Source: Bugula neritina
Lineage: Eukaryota; Animalia; Bryozoa
Assembly: GCA_964035545.1 (NCBI GenBank)
Contig: OZ037768.1
Location: 1,364,001-1,428,000 of the forward strand
Reading direction: 5' to 3'
DNA: 64,000 nt
Both the position numbers and the translations under genes were made by a program. This document shows, one piece after another, positions 37,969 to 51,200 of the stretch. The first letter of the stretch is position 1. The number at the start of each line of letters is the position of its first letter. Below the pieces are notes generated by a model that was given only the letters and a program-made list of their open reading frames with translations, had not been told where the DNA came from and searched no databases.

Positions 37969-40900
37969 TCATCCTTTCTTTATCCACTGCTCCTTCCACT
38001 TAGAGCAAAACTCTGTCACTTTATGAATAACCAATCCTAAAGAGTGACCAGGAAAATACATTATATGAACTTAATTAAACCAAAAGCAAATCTGAGATAG
38101 AAACATACCAATTGTTGAGGTCTGGTTTGTGCACTAAATAATCATAATCAGGCTTTGTGCATGAAATCCAATTTCAGATTAAATATCTCTCACTCATTCC
38201 TGCTATTTGTCTAACAAACTATAATTAGAAAAAACCTAGCCCATAAAATTAGCTAATCTATATTTTCGCTATCCCTGTACTATACTGTACTATACCTGTG
38301 CTATACTGTACTATACCTGTGCTATACTGTACTATCCCTGTACTATACTGTACTATACCTGTGCTAAACTGTACTAGACCTGTGCTATATTGTACTAGAC
38401 CTGCGCTATACTGCACTATACCTGTGCTATACTGTACTATAGCTGTGCTATACTGTACTTTGATATGGCAAGTAGCAAGCAGCAGGGGTTGGATAGTGAA
38501 CAGTTCCATATGGCAACTCTTAATTACCTGATTTATATAAATTAGCTTCATTTAGAGCCAAACTAACAGTCAATACAAACCCAAGGCTGTCAGTTGGCCC
38601 TTTTGCTTTTTCTATTCAAACCTGCTAATTCACTAAAGATTATGGGAAGCATTTTGCCTAAAGGAGTAATTAATTTACATTTGCTATACCACTTCCTAAA
38701 CCCACAAAAGCCTATTAAATAAAAGTGTATAACTCACCATCAGCTGGTAACACCAGCATTAAGTACTTATTGAACTAGAGACCATTCTATATATCTATAG
38801 TCATTAGCTACATATGGTAATATTCACTAGCAAACATCTTGTTTACCAAAAATTAGTTTTTTGTGGTAATTTTTATTGTTATTTGATAACATACTCAAGC
38901 AAGTGTACTAATGCCTCTAGTTTGTATAAAAAAAGGGCAGTCTGGGAATTTAGCCTGTTACAAATGTGTCAGATTCGTCAGTGCCTGGTCAGACTAGGGG
39001 AGCAGGTACTTTTACAGTAGATATTACTCAGAGCACTGTGAGTGGCAGGCCTAGCAGGTACTTTTACAGTAGATATTACCCATGGCACTGTGAGTGACAG
39101 GCCTAGCAGGTACTTTTACAGTAGATATTACTCAGAGCACTGTGAGTGACAGGCCTAGCAGGTGCTGGTAAAGATGTTTGCATATATAAGAAAAGAGGAC
39201 AGAAAACTAGGCAAAATTACACTTATGAGCGACTAAAATATTCATTAGTTAGCTAACAGCTAAGCTCTCCTGTTATATGATCAACTTATTAAATTAAAGA
39301 GTAGTTGAATTACATGGAAATTATCACTAACTGGATAAACCTTCCCAGAACTAACTTACTCAGGTTCCCTCCATCGGCATTTTATGTGCTTGCTAATTTA
39401 TACTTCTGTAACTCTATCTAGTGAGTTATGGCTGAGTGGCTTATGATGATGATGACTGAGCTATTATGACTCTATATTTACAAGATATTAGTACTATATA
39501 ATATTTAAAAGATATTAGCACTATAGCCTATATTACTAAGTTATTTATGCAGCCACCCTGGGCTTAGACCAAGAGTTGGTCACAGAAAGGAGGGTATCTG
39601 AACTACTCCTCCTGGTACATACCTTGCTGCTGAACTTGCTCTATTTTCTGTCTCACTTTTGGTGACACGTGATTGGTGGAGAAGTTGACATTTGTGAGGA
39701 CGGAGACCATAGAGAAGGAAGTCCACTCCTCACTTTGCTTACTCAAGTATTTGCAGCAGTCAATTATCTGCAGTATTCTCCTGTAGGAAAGACAAATCAC
39801 AATAACTTGGGGAAAACTTTATGGAAACAGCTTGTCAAGACGCATATGCACGACAACCGGTACACATTAAACTGAACTTGTTTCTGCTCTTACAGTAATG
39901 ACCTGTGCAAAGCCTCATTCTTGAAACAATTCATATAGAATAGAACATTCTAGATTACATCTCACCAGAGATCCTTATCCTTTCTCTTCAAGTTGTGCTG
40001 GGAGTTGGGACTCATACGCTCATACGTCTTTTGTACTCTGATATATCTAAACAGCAAGACAGATGGAAATGAGAGAACACAAAACAGGCACACATTCGTT
40101 CTACAGCCTGCAAGGCAGTGGCTGATATTTAACAGATTGTCAAAAACAGGGAGAGGGCGGCAGGGGGCAGAAATACTAGAGAAACTAAAGCCTGGAATAA
40201 CAAAGTTACCAATTCAATTAGGCCAGCTCCATGAAATAACATCATCCCCAAAGAATTTGCATAAAATTAATAATTTACAATAAATAGTAAAAATGATAAT
40301 GAAATGTCCACATAGTGTTGAAAGACAAAGCACTAACAGAAGGTTGAGCTGGTGGCTGGTAACCATAATCCACGCCCATCTATCTACCAAACAACAATGT
40401 TAATTGAAGCAAAAGAAAAATATATTAATGAGTAAATAAAATGGTGCGCAAAAAGTTAATTTCCTTTTAAACTAGTAATTTATGAGGTGAGATGCTAAAA
40501 CATCAACTAGGTGATGTTAAGACAGGGGTTTTTATTCTGATGGGCGGATACTAACATGTTTCCTTTTCCAAACTCCGCCTCCAGCCACCTGATAGCATTT
40601 CTAGCATTTACGTGTTCCTTCTTTAGAGAGTCTAATTGGTCAATTACTGTGAAACAATATAATATAGTATAATATAATATACTATAATATACTATAATAT
40701 AATATAATATTACCACAACATGATAATATAATAATATAACAACCATGTCAATTGAACCAAGAATGAAAGTGGCAGTTATATTAGCATGTAATGTACACAA
40801 ATATATACAAAAAAATCAACGTGCAATAAATAACACATAGGTACAAACAAGTTTATAAAAACTGTTGGCTTAAATTAAGCCATGTCCTTGACCTTTGTAA

Positions 40901-42122
40901 TTTCAAGGAACTCGGGCTATGATAGATGACTAATTCAAGGACATGTGACTGCAGATTATATTAGACACAATCACAATAAACTAAGAATGTAGAATATTAC
41001 CACACAATGGGATGATTATGATGAACTTTGAACTGTACACAAGTCGTTTGATCAGATGCATGGTGTCTAAAAGGGCAGACGAATCCGGCACCAAATATGG
41101 AGGTAAATTCCTGTTACTATTGCTATGTATGCTGTCCTTTAACTGTGAGATCTCAGTCTACAGAAAAAGTATATGAGTCTACAGAAAAAGTATATGAGTC
41201 TACAGAAAAAGTATCATTCTACAGAAAAAGTATCATTCTACAGAAAAAGTATACGAGTCTACAGAAAAAGTATCATTCTACAGAAAAAGTATCATTCTAC
41301 AGAAAAAGTATACGAGTCTACAGACAAATAGTTGGAGACAAAATTGATGCCATTGTGATTGTCATTTAAAGTGATTATTATTAGTAGGTAAGGGAAGCTG
41401 AGAGGAAACCATCTGGTAGGTGTTTAGTGTGGTGAGTGGAAGAGACAGAGTGGGCTAGTGGTTACATACAGTATATATGATCCACTACCTGGGAGGTTGG
41501 CAATGTGTCACTCACTGAATAACTTAACTTTAGGTAAATGACTTACAAAAGGATATTCTAATGATGAAGCAAAAATTGTAGTTTTTTGCTGTGAAAACAT
41601 TCATTGGACCACAACAAAAAGCTACATAAATACTTTGGTATGAGAGTGTAGACAGGTAATTGCTTGTATTCAAAGCCAATATGCAACAAACTTGGCATAT
41701 TTTCCAATGAAAAATATGCCAAGGCAACAGCATATATGCCTTCACTAAAAGGTATGTGCAAATTATGCTGTGTTTCATCAATTTATTCAGAGCTATATAC
41801 CACGAGACAAGGTGAAGATAATTTCATTGAGATAGCTCAAGTTCCACACTCACCTGTAGCCTTAGCTGTGCCATGTCTTTCATCAGCTGATTCTTTCTCG
41901 CGTCTTCATCTTCCTATAATAAAAGAACATTCAGTTTTCAGCTAGGAGTGGAACTTGTCTCCTATAGAGAGTTGAACTAAACCCCAGTCACGCACCAAAC
42001 TACTTTTAATATAATGACAGTAGCTGTGCTATATAATATATAATGTAAAAATAAAATAAGAATATGTAATAGACATACACAACTACAGTATAATAATAAA
42101 AAGATATGAAATAAATAAATAA

Positions 42123-42211
<89 letters not shown>

Positions 42212-45200
42212 CACAAACCAAGCAATTCATGAGCAATGATAAAAACCCAATAAAGAAAATCCAAATTAAAAAAAATCAAGGCAATAGCATGAAACAATTG
42301 CATATTATGAGGCCCCCCCCCCTTACTATGGTCTATTCACCATTTTCACCCCTCCACCCCTAGAGAAGCCAGAACCCCACCCCCAGTAACACAGAGCTGC
42401 TAGGCCAGCTAGTGAGGAGTAAATATATACTGCCTTGTAGATATTTCCACCCCCTGACTTCTGGCACACACCCACCTGGCATTCTCCAAACATTAAAAAG
42501 TAGTCACATGTTTATATTAATAGAAAACAAGCTCAGGGTGTCTAGTAAATGGACTAGTTTGTTTTACAGAGTTGGTAAATAATGGTGTTTTTATTGGACA
42601 AGCAAACAGAGTATTTGTTTGGAATAGGAATACTAAGTAAGGGCATATTACTGGCAGCTAATATCATCTGTAATGCTGGCTCACTTTGTTGATATAGCAT
42701 CAGACAAATTGACTTGTTTGCATTTTCAAGCTAATGCTATCTGTAATAGTCAACACAGGGCAAGATTGAACGTATATAGTAAATACTTGTAACGAGCTTG
42801 TGCATATAGACACAGTACAATAAGTTGGGCAAACAAGCAATGACCTCTACGCTTAAATATTGCTACAAAATCTTCAACTTTGTAGCTTCTCCAAACCTCA
42901 ACCCCAGCAACGAGTCAGCAGTAAACATCTGGACACAAGGAATAGAAATTATAATAGTACCTTAAGCTTTGCAGACGACCCACACTCTGCATATAATGTA
43001 CCTACACTCTGCATATAATGTCATACACCAAGTTTGCATTGAGTTGAAGAGCTCAATGTAAAAGCCTACTTGGGTACACCTCCATATTAGACATCAATGT
43101 AAATATTGACTCAGTGAGATAAGTGAGTATTTCATATGTTTTTTCAGTATTGATAAGCAAGCGTAGAGTGTGTAAACAGAAAGCTAGTGTCATATCTAGC
43201 ACACACATCATCTGCAACTTCATTCAGTCACCTCACTAGCACACTAAGTCTAATCTCTCTGCTGCAACACAAATCAATAAGATTACTCAATCTAGCTGAA
43301 GCCATCTTATAAATGGCAGATTCAATCCATATCATTAAATGAAGCTATTAAATAGTGAAACTAAATGACGGCGACTTTATTAGCTTTACGTTAACTCAAT
43401 TCTGCAAAACTCTTGGTCGTTTTGTCCCTCTCCTATAGTTGGTTTATTTGTATAAAACAGACCAAAGAAATCATGGTGCTGAGAGTGGAGCCATAAAATA
43501 CAGGTAAATGGTTGAAGGGCACTGATCTAAGGCGGTTAGAATTTGAACACCCTAGCAGCTCACATGTTAGTTGAAGGTAAGTGGGAGGAGCTAAATGTAA
43601 ACTTCCTTACAGGACTGGAAGTGGCGAGCACACATGAAAGTGTTTGCACACGTAACCTAAGACAAGGTAAGAGTGTGTTAACAGACTGTGTTTGAGGAAA
43701 GGATGAGAAGTGTATTGAAGTGTGTACATAGTAATATCAAATCCCGAAGAGCCAGATTATCCAGAGAAACCTGGTGACTAAAGGACTAAGTCACCAGGCC
43801 AAATCAATAATTGAGAAAGTGTGTTTAATCAAAGTAAACTGACTGGATTAGTGCGTAAGCATGTAATATAACTTTTAAGATAACAGCTTGTCTTTGCTAG
43901 AGTGTTAGAGGTGAGTGACCAGGTGAGATTTGCACCAGCTATAACAGCTACTAACATCGTACAAGTATAATACACATCTCCTATAAAATAATACATTACA
44001 ACTATAACTGAAATATAAATATAATACAACCATACTACTACTATGAGTATACTCATATTCATACTATTTCATATCATATGACATATAACATACCAGTCAC
44101 TATATTATAATAGTATTATACGCTAGATAGTACAATACTATACTCATATGCTGTACTATATGTGATATCATACTAAACAGAACTAGGGCAGAGGCCAAGT
44201 TGAATAGTTGAGTGATTCATTTTATAGAGGAAAATAAATAGATCCAAAACTAAAATGACATAACACACACGTACTTATTCTAATTTATTTAAATGTGACA
44301 AACCAACACCAACAAATTTACCATTTTGACTTGAGCATCCTGATCCTGATTGCTGCTATCTAGCTGGGGTCCAAAGAACATGCTCGTCTCTTTGTTGTAC
44401 GTGAAGCTACTGCCCGTCAACTTGGCCATTTTGTAGCCAAAGTTCCTGAGACAACAGATCCTAAGCAGAGCCTACCAATAGTGAGCAGCAAAGTGGTCTT
44501 ATATTCAGCAAGGCAACCACACAAATTCACATACAACTAGCAATATCAAATTCATGTTAAATTTCTAACTTTGAATGTTTTTCTTTAAATTTTTAAGCAA
44601 CAATTTTGAAATCATTGCCTCTAAAGCTACTACACAGGTTGATGGTATGGCTACAGATAAGCTCATACAAGCACTCCCCCTGGTGGAACAGAGGGTAGCC
44701 TGAGAGACAAGTCAAGTAAATGTAAGCCATGTGACAGCTTGTTTTTCAACTGTCACTCATATTTATAGTGGCAAAGGTTACATGTCAGATTTCTGAATAA
44801 AGTACACATCGCTGCCTACAGTATACAATGCTGCCTACAGTACACAATGCTGCCTACATTACGCAATGCTGTCTACAGTATACAATGCTGTCTACAGTAC
44901 ACAATGCTGCCTACAGTACGCAATGCTGTCTACACAGATTTACCTCCTCCATGCCTCCCAGCGGAATTTCCTTATCAAACGAGATCATAGCATGTGCCTC
45001 TGACATCACAGGAAGTTTATACATATTAATGTCTTCTCTCATTGGGTACGTCTGCTGCCACGAGTCGTCACATGACCTGTCACCGGCTCCTGCGAGATTC
45101 TCAATATGAGACCACAACTCTGAGCTGGCGTACAAATCTACAGACGAGAAACCCATGTCACTGTTAGTACATTGACACTGTATAGGTATTGTATAAACTA

Positions 45201-48200
45201 TAGACAGTGTACATATATAGTGCATAGACAGTGTATATCTATAATGTATATACATTGTATAGACAGTGTATAGATACTGTATAGACACTAAATAGATGCT
45301 GTATAAACAATGTATAGACAGTGTATATACATATATATGTATATATATATATAATGTATAGACAGTGTATAGACACTGCAATGAGAGGTATAGAAGTCAC
45401 CTTGCTTCTTGATCATTGATTCGAGAGGTAGAAAGTTGAGGAAGTAGGAAAGCCTTGACCATAGCATAGGGGAGCTCTAAAACACACCATATAATCTTGA
45501 AATACAGCAATTGGCTAAATAATGCAATAAAATGCTACTGTATTTATCCGTGAAGTGTCACAAAATAAATGTGGGGGAATATGTTACAGATGTTCTAATT
45601 CTAACAGACAATATACAGTGCAAATTTCTAAAAACAAAAAAAGGAAAATCATTATGAATTAAAAATATGGGGAGAAGATGGTGGGCGGGTAGGAAGAAGA
45701 TGGTGGGTGGGCGGGTGGTAGAGTTGAATTATTTTCAATGTTGAACAACTCAATCAATTGCTAGATTTAGTTGCTTGAATAAAATAAATAAAATAGAATA
45801 AATAAAACCATGAAAATAACGAAACACCTATAGAAAATTAACTGCAAAGTTTGTATTATTTTAAAAAGAAAAACAATTACTTTATTTTTCTCTCTCAGTA
45901 AAAAAAGGCACCAGAAACCAGAAAACAAGAAAGATTTTCACAAATAAGTTTTTGCAAAGTCCACAAAAAAGAAGAAAAACCCACTTATTAAGTTGTTTAA
46001 CCGCCATTAAAAATCTGCTCCAAAGAAACAACTAGCGTATGCCAGTTTCAAGTTGGAAAGTGTGAGGCAAGGTGCAAGTAAGTGTAAACTTTATAATAAT
46101 ATTATATTACTAGCAATAGTGTGTAAGATAAAGCAAATCTATTTATAGATCATGCAGGTAATTTTATGTGTCACTGTATTATAAAACAATTCAGCCTTTT
46201 TTCCAGATTTTAGTCTAATCAGAAAATGTTACACTAAAAAAACTGCTGCAATTCAATTTTCCAAAAAGAAAAGTTATGAAACATTGAGACAAGTTTAACA
46301 CATATTAATGTTGAAGTAGATACGCCATGCATGGCTGGCTATACACTTGTGGGAACGCCAGGTAGTGTGTGTACATTTCACAGAGATTATATCTCAGAAT
46401 TACACAATCATATCTCTACAATCAGTCAGCAATATCATTTCTCATATCTAAGCAAGCAGCAAAAATAGCCCGATTCATGTTACACAACACACGATCAAAG
46501 AGAAAATAAAACATATACGCAGAGCAAAAACTACGCCCTAAATATCTTCAGTGCAGGAAATTTTACACAAAATGTTACATCATCCATATGCAGTTAATAG
46601 TTTTTAGGAACATCAGCATAATAAAAATTATTTTTTCGACGTTATGCTCTCAACATTTTAATACAAAAATTAAGAAAACAATTGGGTACGATATAGAATA
46701 GTATCAACACAACCACCACAAATGAATGAATAAGAGTGTCAGCTCATAGTTGCTAAGTCATGCGTGTATAATAAAGGATTTGAGTTATCTTCTTGTTTAA
46801 ATGGACAGAAAGAAGCTATAATATGGTCAAAGTGAGTTGAGTTGACTGAGGACTTGTGAGTGTGACAATGTGCGCGGTAAGGGTGGGTAACCCACACCTG
46901 ATCAGATCAGCCTCCACCAGAATTGGAGCTTCAATTAGTACATAATATAATATGAAATTAAGCCTCTGGTAATGTAGTACGAGTTTACATAACATAAGAT
47001 ATATATAAACTGGAGTTAGCCTTCGTAACTAAAAGTTGGTTAAGAGAAACAGGGAAAAGGTGAGTGATCACATCATGGAATATAAGAAGTAGATGATACA
47101 TTAGCTGTGAGATAAGAAAAGCTGATAACACCTGAATTGATAAGACAAACCTGAGTGCAGGTGCTGATAATTTGCGGCTGACATATTAGCCAATCACAGA
47201 GGACCTTGATGACGCAGAGTAACCCTTGGTCAGCGAGAGCAGCGAGAACATGGCTGAACTGTTTCTCTCGAGTCTCATTTCTGCAAGAAAACAGCTCATA
47301 TATGAATATAGCAGTATGCTGTGACAGTAGTGTGTACGTCTGCTGTGACAGTAGTCTAATGTGACAGACAACTTTCAAGTACAAGTATATTATTTATAAA
47401 TTTACTGCTATCTTTCAAGCAGAAATTAATGTTATTATGAATTATTCATTTATTATACTGTTATGTATTTAAAAAAATTGTAAATGGATGATTTGAAGCA
47501 GAGCTAACCCTTGACAATGTTAATTATTGATATACGACGATGGCAATTGGTCACTATTAGTAACTCAAACTAAATAATAAACTACCATCGATTGTCTTAA
47601 AAGAGAAAGCAACTCCAAAAAACTAGTTATATACACACTTTGTATTCTTTACATATGTTCAGTATTTACCGGTCAACAACGCTGTCAATGTCAGTGTCAT
47701 CGCTGTGATCACTTCCTGTGTGTATACTAGAGTTGGTGTCTGTATCGATGGTGAAATCAGCCAGCTTTCTGCTTATTTCGTCCACATGGTGTACCGCCGG
47801 GTCCTTATCAAACCCTGATAAGCAGAGCCAGCATTTCGCAAGTTATCGATAAACATTAGTATTTGAACAAACAGGTTATCAATAGAGAGAAAACATGAAA
47901 CTTTGATAAATGAGGGGAGTTTTAACTTTCCAATGCTAAAAGTAAAATACATGATGCAATGTGAGAAGAAATTCCCATTAACTAGCAGATGGTCAATCAG
48001 CACATGATTGTTGAAACACTGTTACATCACAAAAGCTGACAAAATAAAATCGAGAAGTACTTTTATTGTATAATTTTCCAAATAAACCTAAATTTTCAAA
48101 TCAAAGTTTTCAACCCTGAATTAGTGACTTGAGTATTCCAGCAGCTAAATGTAGACTTATGGTCATACATCTCATCTCCTACTGAAACTGCGAGTCAACT

Positions 48201-51200
48201 GCAGAGTGCAGACGGCCACTGACCGTCTGCTTATTGACTGCTACTTATAACAACCACATTGCCACTGCTTAGCTTTCAATTAGAGACCCTTTTTACCTGG
48301 AGGTACAGAAACCTGCTTCTTCCCTTGCGCGATATCATCAACTGAACTGTTGTATGTGTACGGGGGCTGGGGTAAGCCTCCCGTAACCGAGAGCAAGTCA
48401 GAGGAAATTTGCTGCAGATCATCTTCATTGCCAACAAAGCGGTTGGAGACTTCGGTACTAAGTAGGTTATGCAGGGACATAGAGTTGCTACTGCCTGAGT
48501 ACTTCGTGAGCATCTAGAAAGTATGCCATTGATTTGTTAATCAGTTGATAGAGTGGAAAGTATGGAAGTATGTTATGATTCAGATTACTCTCGTAATACC
48601 AGTCACTGATCAGCTCAGTTTTAGTTCTTTGTAATCTTAGTGACAAGTAAAGAGGGTTGTCTTCCCATGTTCACTACTTGTATTACTGTGGAGTTTACTT
48701 TATGTTGTATGTTGAAATAGAATACAGCAACTACAAGGTGAAACATCCACTATATTACATATACTGTATTTATATACATCAACATTATTCATTATAGTGC
48801 ATAGCTGTGAAGCATTGTAAAATAAAAAAGCTTACCAAAGTCAAACAAAATAGAAAATACTTCCTGCTTTAAAAAAGACTAAAACCAAGTGCGTAGGTTG
48901 CCAAAGTAACAGAGAGAAAGAGAAACCAACCTCCGAGCTGGCCGAGTCGAGGAAACCAGACTTGAGTTCCTGGCTGACCATCGCCAAGTTATCCTCGTCG
49001 TCACTGGAGGATGAGTCAACGGCTCCCGTCAAGAAGTTGAGTTCTTCTTCGTCGTCTGAGATCATTGTTAGCACCTCGTCGTGTTGTACTTCGTCTTCCC
49101 CTGCATATACAGTACCGTGTTGCATTGTAATACCAATTATATATACAGCACCATGTTACACTGCAATACTAAGTCTATATACAGTAACCTGTGACACTGC
49201 AATACCAAGTCAATATACAATAACATGTTACACAGCAATACCATGTCTATATACAGCACTGTGTTACAACGCAATATTAGGTCTCTATATACAGTACCAT
49301 GTTACACTGCAGTACTATTCCCACCTCACCTTCACTGAGATCTTCGTCAGTCCTACGTCGTCTTCGTCTCTTGGATCGTAACAACTTCCTGTCCGTCTCG
49401 ACTTGATACTCTTCGTCGTCGTCATCGTAGGAGGCCTCTCGCCGTTCCTCTTCAAGTAACTTCTGTTTAATTTTCTTATCTAAATCCTCATCTGTTGATA
49501 AACACCACTTACTGTTACTGACCAGAGAGTATAACATTAGAGCTCACACCACACTGACCAGAGAGTATAATATTGAAGCTCACACCACACTGACCAGAGA
49601 GTATAACATTGAAGCTCACATCACACTGACCAGAGAGTATAATATTAAAGCTCACACCACACTGACCAGAGAGTATAACATTGAAGCTCACACCACACTG
49701 ACCAGAGAGTATAACATTGAAGCTCACATCACACTGACCAGAGAGTATAACATTGAAGCTCACACCACACTGACCAGAGAGTATAACATTGAAGCTCACA
49801 CCACACTGACCAGAGAGTATAACATTGAAGCTCACATCACACTGACCAGAGAGTATAACGGAATTGTGATTGATGCCAGCTGGATTGTCTGTAAATGTGG
49901 TTGATGCATCTTCTGGTTCAGATTTAGGAGCAAACGAAGGATTCTTCGCCTCATAGAAGCTGGTCTGAAGTCGGGTGAGGGTGTGTTTGAGAATGTGAGA
50001 AAACACGGCCAAGTTCAAGGCTATAGCAGCGGCTACTTGTTTACAACCTGAGTTACAGACAGAGTACGACTCAGTATATACAAGTACCCAGTTTCAAGTA
50101 TTGCACTGTATTCAATACAACTTGAGAGTTTCAATGTCAGGCAAATCAAAATTATCTACTTGCAATATAGCTAACACCTGAATATATGTTAACACCATTT
50201 TAATACGACTTTCTACCTCCATTTGAAGAGTCAGGTGAAAACAACACTAACAAGACTACTATTGGCAACAACTCCAAATCAAAAGGGTATTCAGAAACTT
50301 TAATAGCTAGTTTAGCAAGTAGTAATGTTGAAGAGAGGATACCTTGATACTGGAGTTTATGGACGACTATGGTTATTAGTACGACTATCTTAAACACCAT
50401 TTCATCCTCAAGATGGGCCATCTTCTCCTCCCCCAACCTCACGGTGTGACTGTCCTCAGGAACAGGGTGGAAGAGCACAAAGTCAAACTCCTTCAGCACT
50501 GTCTGACACAACGTCTGCAGCTCTCGTGGCTCTATGCTATAGAAAGCAGAAAAATCTGTTGACTAAAAATCCAGCAAAATGTTCAGATATTTCAATGAGT
50601 TATGAAAGAACTTTGATACTAACTCCAGAATAAATGCACGCCTGTGGCAACTAAACTCTTTGTTTTAAAAGGAAGGTCAGGGAAAATAATAAAGTCGCAG
50701 AAAATATAATATGATTTTCGTATAAAAAATCTGCTATAAACCTCCACTTCTCAAATACACCACAAACTACTAATCTTTAGAGAAACTATAAGAGTGAATA
50801 CAGATAATTGAGACGACTAGAAGACCTGGTGGTAGAACTTGAGCCGCCAAGGTTGTACAGAATATCCATGAGATGCAGAAACTTAATGCAGAAGCTTTTT
50901 ATATCCAGTATTCTCTGTTGGTGAACGGACAACTCCTTGTGCCGGTCGGATTTCCCATTCATAAGTTGCCTGTATCTCTTCTGGTTGAGATCAAACACTC
51001 TGCGCAGGTTAGCTGAGGCACCTTGGAACTTGGACGGGGAGGCAACACTATGGACACAACAATAACAAACAACAATAACACTAACTTTTGGTTATATAAA
51101 TATTTGCCCTCATTAAGATTCGAACTCCAGACCTCCGGCTTGCAAGCTGGTGTGCTAACCATTACAGTACAGGGGTCACTGGGTAGTCCCGATATAACAA

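Noticed and set aside
39603-39622. SMG5 stop at 39603 from the ORF track
   Set aside because: A good donor (CAAG|GTATGT) splices in phase to 38036-37969, which matches the known SMG5 C-terminal FxxxWKE pattern.
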